From assembly GCF_032444005.1 (NCBI RefSeq), contig NC_091283.1, positions 185,690,001 to 185,754,000 on the forward strand: a DNA stretch of 64,000 nt. The letters run 5' to 3'. The notes under the pieces are model-generated. The model did not search any database, was not told the DNA's origin, and saw only the letters and a program-made list of their open reading frames with translations. Both the position numbers and the translations under genes were made by a program. The stretch's first letter is position 1. Every line of letters begins with the position of its first letter. Source of the stretch: Ranitomeya imitator (lineage: Eukaryota). Shown here in pieces: positions 20,201 through 32,200 of the stretch.

Positions 20201-23200
20201 CAATGAGGACATTGTCCTCCCTTCCTTGTGCCCTTCCCCTGTTCATCCCTTGGATAAATCTCTTCACAAGTTGGATGTGGTCAGGGCTATCCGGATTTAT
20301 TTCTCCAGAACTACTTCTTTTCGTCAGGCCGATGCTCTGTCTCGGAAGGGCGTCGAAAGGGGCTCCCTGCCTCTAAGTCCACAATTGCTCATTGGATCCA
20401 TTCGGCGGTTCTGGAGGCATACCGTGTCCAAAACAAACGGCCTCCTTCGGGGGTGAAAGCTCACTATACCCGGGCTGTGTGAGCTTCCTGGGCACTTCGT
20501 CACCAAGCTTCGGCCTCGCAGGTTTGCAAGGCCGCAATGTGGTCATCCATTCACACCTTTGTAGAATTCTACATGGTGCATACTCAGTCTTCTGCGGACG
20601 CGAGCCTGGGTAGGAGGATACTGCAGGTGGCGGTTTCTGACCGGCCGACCTAACTCCTCTTTTTCTGCAGAATATCCCGCCCTAGGGACTGCTTTTGGAC
20701 GTCCCATGGTTACCTGTGTCCCCCAATGAAGCGAGAAAGAAAGAGGGATTTTTGGTTCCTACCGTAAAATCTTTCTTGGAGCCTTCATTGGGGGACACAG
20801 CACCCTCCCTTGAAGTTGTACCGTGTTGGCCAACGTGCCGTTGTTGTGGGTTGGTATATAGGTTGAGTTTTATATTACTGTTCCTACTACTGCTTTTGCA
20901 CCAACTGAGTTGCCTGGTGCCTGTCGGAGGGTGTATACTGCCGGGGAGGAGTTACTATTTCTTTATTTGCATAGTGTCAGCCTCCTAGTGGCAGCAGCAT
21001 ACACCCATGGTTACCTGTGTCCCCCAATGAAGGCTCCAAGAAAGAGATTTTACGGTAAGAACCAAAAATCCCTCTTTTTCTCAATATGTAAATGAGCTGT
21101 TAAGATCTATGGCCTAGACACAGCTCATTTACATAAAGAATGTGGATTTCTTTGGAATAAGATGTCGGATTGCAGATATAAAGGTCTCATTTTGTTCAGC
21201 TTCCTATGACCTACATGCCCATATAGACTGCTTAGGACAGTAGCGCCAGCTGCTAGATCCACTGAAAACCCTACCCAAGGTTGGAATCACAGTAATCAGC
21301 AGAATCGGGCTGTCAGGTCATTTTTACCACTCAGTAAAAGTGGAAAGAACAAGATCCTAAAAAAAGATGGAGTTTTATTTTTCTCTCTTGCTTCATTGCG
21401 GGACACAAGAAACCATGGGTGTATGCTGCTGCCACTATGCACAAAAAAAGTTTGTAACTCCCCCGCAGTGTACACCCCACGGACTGGCACTAGGTTAATC
21501 AGTTTCAGCTTAGCGTCAGTAGGAGGTGGATGCGGGGCTGCTCTCGGCCCTGTTTTCTATCTTTTTAGGTTGTCGTTTTACTAATAATTTCTATTTTTCA
21601 GATTCAGCTTGTGATCTAGGCGACTGAGTGGTTGTCACTCCCCTTCCCCCCACTGATTGAGTCACTACTGTACCCTCTTATGTCTTAACAAGCAGGACTC
21701 TATCCCCCCCTAACACATCAAGAGTGTTTGGGGTATCCTCCCTGAAGATAGGCAGACTGGTCCTTGCCACTACACCTGGCCAGCTCGCCCTCCGAGCAAG
21801 TCGTGCAGGGTAGGAAGACGGAACAATCACCTGCCAGTCAAGTCCTTTGATGTCCATCTTCCATCACTGGTTTGCAAAGAAGGATTCAGGATCTTCATGA
21901 CAGGGGGCGTCTATGTACACACCAAAGCCAGCCACCCGTAACAGGATCCAACAGATTCTCCTCGGCATGATGAGTTGCTCCTACCTGGGAGGACTCTTGG
22001 GGTGGGTGGCAGACTCCTTTTAATTTCAAGACGAATAGATATCTGTAGTAAATGACACCTGGGTCCGAGATGTCTTCTACACTCTAGATTTTTCAAGTCC
22101 CAACCACCAAAGAATGCTTCATTCGTCCCCGGGTTTTTCAAGGCTCTGTTCACTCTCCAAGATCGGCGTCATCGTCTCCGTTCCAACACGAGAGAGCTTT
22201 TCAGGTTTCTATTCAGACCTGTTCATGGTTCCAAAGAAGGATGGCTCAGTTCGTCCCATCTTGGATCTCAAATTATTAAACAGGTATGTGCGACTTCGTC
22301 ACTTCAGGATGGAGTCCCTTCAATCGGTAATGGCCTCCAGGGAGCCAGAGGAATTCCTCTGCTCGGTGGACTCTCAGGATGCCAACTTGCACATTCCCTC
22401 CGCACCAGAGGTTCCTTCTTTTCACAATTCTGGAATCCCATTTCCAGCCATTCTGCGCAGCAGGGGCATTCTTGTCACCCCTATCTAGACTATATTCTCA
22501 GCAGGCAGCATCTCCTCGGCATGCCAGGAGAGTCTACATATTACTGTGGACACCCTTTCTCATCTGGGCTATCAAAACTGCAACGTTGTCTGATACCGGA
22601 TCAACGTATTGTTTTTCTGGGAATGCTTTTAGACACAGCCCAAGCAAAAAAATGTTCCTACCCAAGGAAAAGTTTTTAACGCTCATGTGCAGGATTCATT
22701 CTTTGAGGCAGTTCACCTTGTTCCCTCGGCTTCTGCATGAGCGTACTAAGCAAGATGATTGCCTCACTGGAAGCAGTCCCGTTTGCTCCATTTCACATGC
22801 GTCCTCTTCAACCTGTCTCATCTTGCTAGAAGGAAGAGTTGATCTGTTCCCTGGAACGTATTGTCTCAATTCCCTCATGGATAAAGAAGTTCCTGGGAAG
22901 GTGAGAATGTTCCTCGTTAATTCATCTCAATAGCCCTTTCCTACCTGTTTCGTAGGAAGATGGAGACAATGGATGCCAACTTACTCTGCTGGGCACCCGT
23001 ATTTCAGGATTTAACAGGCCAAGGTCGATGGGCCGCTCATGAATGGTCTCTTCCAATCAATGTTCTGGCACTAGGAGCAATATTTCTTGCTCTGCTCCAT
23101 TGGCAGGAACTTCTCTACAGTTATGCGATTTGAGTCCAGTCAAAAAATGCCATGGCGGTGGCATATGTCAATCACCAAGGGGGAACTGGAAGCCGGACAG

Positions 23201-26200
23201 TAATGTCGGAGGTCGCTCTGATCCAGTCCTGAGCTGAATGTTCCAGCAATCTCTGCGGTACACATCCCAGAAGTGGAAAATTGGGCTGCAGACTGTCAGC
23301 TGAGAATGTCTCGCTGCTGGCGAACAGTCACTGATCCCATCAGTCTTTCACAGGATCTGCCTCAGATGGCGGACTTGACCTGACAGTGTCCAAACTCAAC
23401 CACAAGGTTCCTCAGTCCGTATCCAGATCTCGGGGCCAGTTAGCGATCAGATCTGTTGTGCTAGCAATTTCCTTGGCACAGTTCTCTCTCTCATATGTTT
23501 TCACCTCTACCGCTAATCCCCAGGGCAGTCAAAAAGATAAAAGCTGAAGGAGTACCCATCATACTAGTCTGTCCCGAAGACCCTGGTACACAGAATTATT
23601 TTTTTTGCATCCACTCACTGGAAACTCTCAAATCTTCCAGACTTTCTCACAGGGGCCCCGCTTCCACCAGAATTCTTACTCCGATTTAACGGGATGGCTG
23701 TTGACGCCACTATTCTAAAGTCGGCTGGCATCTCTGATCAGGTGGTCCAGACCATGATTAAAGCAAGGAAGCCGTAATCCTCTCACATCTACCACCGTAT
23801 AAGATTTATTTTGCTGTTGTGAAGCTAATCTGATCATTCCAGTGGTTTTACATTTTGTCCTTTTTAGGGTATGTGCGCACGATGCGGAAAATGCTGCGGA
23901 TCCGCAGTTTCCCATGAGTTTACATTACAATGTAAACCTATGGGAAACAAAAACGCCGTGCACATGCTGCGGAAAAAAACGTGGGAACTCAGCGGTTTAC
24001 ATTCCGCAGCGGTTTTACAACTGCTCCTATAGAAAACCGCAGTTGTAAAACCGCAGTGAAATCCACAGAAAAAAACGCAGTAAATCCGCAGCAAAAACGC
24101 AGCGTTTTTGCCCTACAGACTTATCAAATCCGCTGCGGAAAAAGCTGCAGTGGACCATTCTACGTGTGCACATAGCCTTACAGTTGGGTCTGGAGTCCAG
24201 ACTGTCCCTTAATTCTCAAGGAAAATTATCTGCCCTTTCCATCCTTTTCCAAAGGAATCTTGCAGTTTGCCCAACAGCTCAAAACAATCAATGAGTTGCT
24301 CACTCCATTCCTCCCTATGAGCCTGCAGCAGACCCTGGTATCTTAATACAATGCTAGACATCCTACAAGAGTCTCCTTTTGAACCACTGCATGAGAGCTC
24401 TTCCACATTCCTTTCTTAGAAGGCTGCCTTCCTGGTCACTATTATTTCTATTACGTTAGTATCAGCTTGCAGTGCTCTGTCATTCTCCTTACGTTGTTTT
24501 ACGTCTGGTTCCATACTTTCTTCCCAAGGTGGTTTCCACATTTCAGCTTAATGAGGCCATCGTGCCTCCTTTTTTGTCCGTCCCCCTCTCAACCTTGAGC
24601 TTGGTCACTAGACAAACTGGACCTGGTAAGAGCACTCCATTTTTACCTGTCCAGGACCGAGACTTTCAGGCGTACAGATTCTCTCTGTTCATCATTGCAG
24701 AAAGTCCACGGTAGGGTCTCCCGGCTTCCACGTCTACCATTGCTCACAAGGTCCGTTCTGCCATTCTGATTCTGGAAGCCTACCGACCAAGAGGCAGTGT
24801 GCGCCCACTGAGGATCACTGCACACACTGCCCACTCGGTGAGGACCTTCTTGGCTATCCGTCACCAGGCGTCAGCCTTGCAGCTCTGCAAAGCTGCTTCA
24901 TGGTCTTCCATTCATACATTTGCCAAGTTCTTCAGGGTTCACATCCATGCTTCATCGGATACGAACCTTGGCAGAAAGGTCCTGCAAGCTGCAGTGGCCT
25001 GAGCTCTGACTTGAGGGTATTATTCCTTTCCCACCCTTGGGACTGCTGTTGGACATCCCATGGTTTCCTGTGTCCCCCAATGAGGAGAGAAATTAACATT
25101 TGGGTTACTCACTGTAAAATCTTTTTCTCTTAAGTATTCATGGGGGACACAACACTCGCCCTTGTTTATTCTTGTATTGGGTTTGGTTGGTTTTGGTTAC
25201 ATTCGTTGTGTTTGTTCTTCTTGCTTCTCCTGCTGCTTTCTCCCTAACTGATCAGCTTTGTGCCGGTCGGTGGGGTGTATACTGCTGAGGAGGACCTAAC
25301 TTTTTTGTGCATAGTGGCAGCAGCATACACCCTATAGCTTCCTGTGTCCCCCAATGAAAGCTCAGAGAATAAGATTTTACGGTGAGTACCTAGATCTTCA
25401 TTTTTCCCCTCCCAACCATAAGTTGTAATAAAATAAACCCACAAATAATTTCACAAAAAGGAAAAAAAAAAACAAGCCCTCACACAACTATATTTATAGA
25501 TCAATAAGTTTTATGACTCTAGGCAGAAGGGGAGGAAAGAATGAAACTTGGTCCAGAGTAAAAGGGGTGAAAGGCAGACATGCTGCATACAGGCTAATAC
25601 TCACCGCCCATGCTTTGCCGTAAGGTATCAATATGTCTGTTCCTCATCTCTTCGATCCTAGTCCTATAAAGAACAGACAGTGTTACCAGACTGTGACCAC
25701 CGCAGCAGGGAAAACAATAACCGGGGACCTGGCCCCCTCAGATTCATTCCTCCACCTTTCTCGCAGTAGTTCATCCAGCTGTTCCTGCAGCTCCTGCTTC
25801 TCTGCATGAAGTCTCGCTCGAGCTTCACGTTCCGTGTGAAAGTCCAACCGAAATATTTCTGCCTGTGTTGGAAAGGATAAAAAAAAAGAAAAAAAAAAAA
25901 AAAGTTGGTATCCAGGGCCTGACCCCTGACTAAGTGTCGCCCCTCTGCGATGGCTGACCTGGGCCTTCAGCACAGAGATGGTCTCCTTCAGACTTTTTTT
26001 CTCGTCGGTCTCGACCTTCAGCTTGTCAATAAGTTCCTGTTTGGCTACGAGCGCCTCTTCCGCCTCCTGCAGCTGCTGCGTCAGTTCTTGAAGTTGTCCT
26101 TGCAACGTCTAAAATGCAACAGACATTACAAAAGTCCAGACGTTCCAAGCAAAGGAGGCTACGGCGCGATGGGTCGGCATGTACTCACTTTTATCATTTT

Positions 26201-29200
26201 CTCATGAGGGATGCTTTTCTTGATGTGGTCGTCGTATTCTTGAAATAATTTGTGATACGCGGACTGGAGCTGGGCCAACTTCCTCCTAGAGAGGAGAAAT
26301 TGTGATGTTTTATGTCCCCCTCCATGAGTATGATACACAACATTCAGTTTGACAAGCTGTTCACTTTCGCTGCAGCTCCTCCGCTGGAGAAGTATGGTAT
26401 TACACAGTGCTTCTGAACATGGCTGATTCATTTTTTATTTTAGTCTGTTCCTGCCGCAGCATTTTGGCAAAAACTTCAGCCTAGGGTGATATGGTCTCGG
26501 CTCATGTGTCAGCGGCATAGATCACAGGTGAATGGGATCATACTGCAGCCCTTAGGGTACTGCAACGAGCCAATCCCCAAAAACAATAAGACCCTAAATA
26601 ACCATAAAATTAAGTGTGCACAAATCTATGAAGTGATAAGTCATTTGTGATACCGTGTTCAGCACCATTGTGTAGGTTTTTATTAATGGGGTGAAATATT
26701 AGCTGCTTTTTGTGCACAAATAGTGCCACACCTAGCTACAGGCTGTGGCTGGTAATGCAGCTCGGTTTGATTAAAGTAAATGTGACAGCGCTGCAATAGC
26801 GATACACATGGCACTTTTTTTTTTCTGTGTGCAACCAGAGTGATGAATGTGCGATCGGACCCCTCACCATGGTGCGGTGCAGTATATAGTGATTTTTTTT
26901 TTCCCCTCTTGTGCATTTAAAAGAATGACAACTTTATCAACGTGGGTCAAAAATGGGAAGAATTTGCAAAACTTGTAAAAACTCCTCAGCAGAAGAGGGT
27001 AATGCAGGCGGAGCAGCAGGACAGCCAGGAGCCTTCACACTCGGAAGAAAAGGAACGGAATCCCCTGGAACAACAGGACGGCCACATGTAGAAAGGGTCT
27101 CGTTAAAGGGATGATCCGGAATCTGTAAAACATGGCCGCTTTCTTCTGGTAAGGCAGCCCAGTTCCATTGAAGTGAATGGGGCTGATCTGCCCTACCGCA
27201 CACAACCAGATACTGTTATTGGATGACAGTGGCCATGTTTTTCTAATTCCGGTCTTTCCCTTTAATTCAGTGGTACTTAAAAAAAAAAAAAAAAAAAAAA
27301 ATTTTAAACAGGCTCTATCATAAATATACCTGCACATAAGACTTAAGCATACAATTATAGTTGATGTAAACCTGCATTTTTTTTGTGCAATAAGTTTCTA
27401 ATCTGTCCCATTTATATTTTGGCTGATTGTTTATCGCGCTCCCTAGCTCTAACCTTTAAATCAGACGTGGGTAGAAAATCTGGTAATGCCAACAAAGCCT
27501 GCAGTACCAGACACAACCTGTAGACTAATGTGGTGCTGTTCCTAGAATGCAGCCACTGTGTTTTCGAATTTCATACCACCCTTTTAGAGCCTAAAGGTAC
27601 CGTCACACTAGACGATATCGCTAGCGATCCGTGACGTTGCAGCGTCCTCGCTAGCGATATCGTCCAGTGTGACAGGCAGCAGCGATCAGGCCCCTGCTGT
27701 GCTGTCGCTGGTCGGAGAAGAAAGTCCAGAACTTTATTTCGTCGCTGGACTCCCCGTAGACATCGCTGAATCGGCGTGTGTGACACCGATTCAGCGATGT
27801 CTTCACTGGTAACCAGGGTAAACATCGGGTAACTAAGCGCAGGGCCGCGCTTAGTAACCCGATGTTTACCCTGGTTACCATCGTTAAAGTAAAAAAAACA
27901 ACCGCTACATACTTACCTACCGCTGTCTGTCCCCGGCGCTCTGCTTCTCTGGTCTGGCTGTGAGCACAGCGGCCGGAAAGCAGAGCGGTGACGTCACCGC
28001 TCTGCTTTCCGGCTGCCCGGCGCTCACAGCCAGAGCAGAGAAGCAAAGCGCCGGGGACAGACAGCGGTAGGTAAGTATGTAGCGTTTGTTTTTTTACTTT
28101 TAGGATGGTAACCAGGGTAAACATCGGGTTACTAAGCGCGGCCCTGCGCTTAGTAACCCGATGTTTACCCTGGTTACCGGGGACATCGGGATCGTTGGTC
28201 GCTGGAGAGCGGTCTGTGTGACAGCTCTCCAGCGACCAAACAGCGACGCTGCAGCGATCCGGATCGTTGTCGGTATCGCTGCAGCGTCGCTTAGTGTGAC
28301 GGTACCATAAGACCTTGTAAATACTAAAGCTGGTACATGGGTGGTTTACGACTTGCTGCATGTGATTATACAAGCAGATTTCAGCTAACGAGCCCGATAA
28401 TGAAGGCAGTGAGTCCGATTGGCTCTCGTTGTAAGGCCCTTTTACGCACGGCGAGATGCAAACTGTGAGCCAAAGATTGGGTCCAAGTGTTCTTGTGATT
28501 GTTCATGCCACGTCCAAGGTGCAGCAGTGTGCTGGTAAAAGGGAATCTGTCAGCAGGATTGGGCTGAGTCATCTGCAGACAGTGTCAGGTCGGCGCCGTT
28601 ATACTGATTACAATGATACCTGGTGATGAAATCCGTCTTGTGGTTGTTGATTAATCTTTATTTTCAGTTTTGAGTTAATGATATGCTTGTGCCCCGGGGC
28701 GGCCTGTGGGGGGGTCTACATGTGGTGCTCGGATTAGGAATTCATAATGCAGATTGCTAACTGTAGATTACTGTACACAATCTTGCTGACAGGTTCCCTT
28801 TAAATTGCAAATGGCCATACAGTTTTACAAAAAACTCTTTGGAATTTAAGTTCCCAGGGTGCAAAAACAAAGAGGATTTTTCTTCGTTTACGTAAAATCT
28901 GCCGGAATTTTAGGCTATGTTCACACGTTCCTGATTTCCCTCCTTTTTTTTCAGGACTAAAAACCGCAGCTCTTGGCAGAAAACGCAGGTCCTTTTTTTG
29001 GTGCGTTTTTTGATGCAGTTTTCTATGCAGAGTCTGTGTGTTTTCTAGGAGGTTTTTTAGGGTTAAAATGGCTGAAAATACCCTAACCCTACCCCTATTC
29101 TAACCTTAATTTTTTTATTGTCCCTACCTATGGGGGTGACAAAGGGGGGGGTCATTTACTATTTTTTTTATTTTGATCACTGAGATATAACCTATCTCAG

Positions 29201-32200
29201 TGATCAAAATGCACTTTGGAACGAATCTGCCGGCCGGCAGATTCGGCGGGCGCACTGCGGATGCGCCCGCCATTTTGCAAGATGGCGGCGCCCAGGGAGA
29301 AGACGGCCGGACGGACACCGGGAGGTCGGGTAAGTATAAGGGGGGGAGATGAGGGCACGGGGGGTGGGGGTGGGATTGGGGCACGGGGGGGCAGCCACAC
29401 TGCAGCGGTTCTGCACCACAAACCGCAGAAAACCCGCAGATATTTTTTTCATCTACGGGTTTTACTGCGGGTTGGACCTCACAATGGAGGTCTATGGGTG
29501 CAGAACCGCTGCAGTTCCGCAAAAAGAAATGACATGGTACTTCTTTTTTACTGCGGCTATTCAGCGCGGCTTTTTTCGCGATTTTCCGCAATGTGGGCAC
29601 AGCAGTTCCTGTTTTCCATAGGGTACATTGTAATGTACCCTGCATGGAAAACAGCTGCGGACCCGCAGCGGGAAAATCGCGGCGATTCCGCATGAAAAAA
29701 AGGATGGTGTGAACATGGCCTTACAGTGTGTGAGATGTATGTACTGTGGGTTAAAAAAGTAGTAATAATAATCGACAAGCGTCTGGTCGAGATCTGCAGC
29801 CTGTCAACTTATGCAATGCCAAGGGTAATACCCTTGTTAACTGTCGGAACAGCTGTGAGACATGCAGGCGAGGGGACTCAAACACAGTTTTCGAGCACGC
29901 CGAAGTCACTCGGTTAGCCCCTTATCCCAGCAAGTTCACTCATCAGTATGGGTAAGTATGGAGGCGTCTACAAAAGATCTGTGGTTATTTCTTCAAGATA
30001 TGTGGAACCACCGAGTTGTTGCAAAATCCGTGTGCGAGTTTACCAAGAGGAACTGATGAAGACGAATTCTGATTTACATTTCTCTTTCGTTCGTTCACTT
30101 TGCATTTTATTAATTGATAACACTATTAACTCTCCTAATCTGAACACTTCTTACTGTGCAGCATTCTTTCCCACACCTGAGGAGATGTTCTGCGCAGGCG
30201 AGTCACTGTGACCTCCGGTGTGCGCGCCGATAATATGCTCTCCCCACTCCCTCCCTCCCTGCACAGTCATCACTAGGAACCATGTGAACATGGCGATGAC
30301 TATGCAGGGAGGAAGTGGGGAGAGCACCTTATCGTTGCACACGCCGCAGGTCACTGACACGGAGGTCACCGGCACAGAAGATCCCTGAATGCAGTGCCCA
30401 TAGAAGGGAGGAAGAGGTATGTATTGTGGAGGGGGTGCAGGGCGCAGGCGCGACATTCCTGCACCAGAACGGACGCTGATGGGAGGTGGGCGATATTATA
30501 ATGAAGAGGGAAGCAGGGATTTCTACCAGGCACCACACGCCCGGAAGAAAAAATTAGCATAAGGAAAGAATATAAGATTTCTCAAGAAGACCATTAACAT
30601 GAGGCATACAGGTAGGACGAGTGTAACATTTCGATCACCTGTATGCCCATATTAATAGGTCATATACGTCTGGGGGGGGGGGGCCAGATTCCCTTTACAA
30701 CTTTTGCACGGTCCCGGATTCCTTATCCTGCACCCCCTGGAATTACTGGATGACTTACATCTCTTCTCTGGCGTTGGTTCTCTCTATCTTCAGCGCGGCT
30801 TCCAGGTTCTGCATCTGCAATCGGTTCTGATCCAGCTGGAGGACCTGCTGCTTCATCTGAGCCTCCCATTCCCGTTGCTGCGCTTGTGCGCTTTGTAGGC
30901 TACAAAACCAGAGACGGAGGTTACAATGCGAGTGTGCACACACTGCTACATCCTGTAAAAGGGGATGTCTCATTAAAAGAACACCTTCCCTAAAGGGGGC
31001 CTTCCCAGACAACATCGGATTGGTTCCGGCACATCTTTTGGAAGCAATGAGGTGCCATCCAGGGGTCCACACATTTCCCCTGCAGGTTATATGTAGCATT
31101 GCATATCGGACAGTCAGATGAGTAGCTGACCATTAGAGATGACAGATTAAATTTGCAGAGCCCTGATCCAGCGGTCACGTCAGTGCTAAAAAACAGAAGA
31201 GGCGCAGCGGACTCTGAGCAGGTATGGGGAAGCCCCGTCTGGCGGCCATGGACTGATTCTCTTATCTCTACTGACCACGTAACGCACGGACTGACTGGGT
31301 TCATCCTCTTTACGAGACAACCCCTTTAAGGACCACCGTCTTCCACTCGTCTCCATTAGTTCCTTACCTTTCCTCCACCTTTTTTTTCTGCTGTGTAGAA
31401 ACCTCCAGACTCCTTTGGCTCTCGTGTAGCTCCCCGAGAAGGGACGTTACCTGGGCTTTTACTGACATCTTCTCCTCCGTCAGTAACTAGAAGGTAAAAG
31501 AGAATTTTAGCAACGCCCTGCATCCGCTGACAATACAGAATACAGGCTGTGAGTGACCGATCTGTGTACCGAGCCTCCATCTCTGCCTACGGGAAGATGC
31601 CAGCTATCTGTATGGTACCAAGCCAGGCTTGATGTCATGTAGGACAGCGTTCCACCTTCCCGAGAAACAGCGCCACCCCTGTCTAAAGGTGTAGTCATGC
31701 ATTGCACCCACAGGCCGAGCTGCCAGCGGACAGGAGTGGCGCTGTATGGTTTTATTCTAATATCATACGGCCCCTTTAAGACACACAGATTAGAGATGAT
31801 CACAAAGATTGGTGCTGCTGCCACCGCGGTGCCAATATTTCTGCAATGATCACAATTCGGCCACGTCTTTGTACCTGCAGTTTTCTCTGCGCGTCCTCCC
31901 CTTGCTCGCTCAGGTGGAGCGTCAGATGCGACACCTCCTCTCTCAGCTCTTTCATCTGCTCTTGCAGCTGAGAATTCCTGCAGAAAAGTGAGAAGTGACA
32001 AGACATATAAACTAGGGGGGAAACCTGGAGAGACCCCCTGGCATTCCAGCCCCTCGCCCAGCGGCAATCCCCATCACCCTCCCGCAGGATCGGAGCCAAA
32101 ACCATAAAACTACCCAAGAATTAGAAAACAAAGGAGTCGCTTTCTTGCACAAGGGTTGTGTGAAGTATTGCACTCCGGGATGCAATACCATAACAGACCT

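Larger units (their letters stand above)
14865..21079 (+). mobile_element. DIRS1-type tyrosine-recombinase retrotransposon, near full length but disrupted
   Basis: Inverted terminal repeats (GGGGGACACAGGTAACCATGGGTGTATGCTGCTGCCACT at the 5' end and its reverse complement at about 20985-21030). An ICR at about 20697-20800 is complementary to both termini. Contains gag-like, RT/RNaseH and YR frames with frameshifts and stops. Confidence 0.93.
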
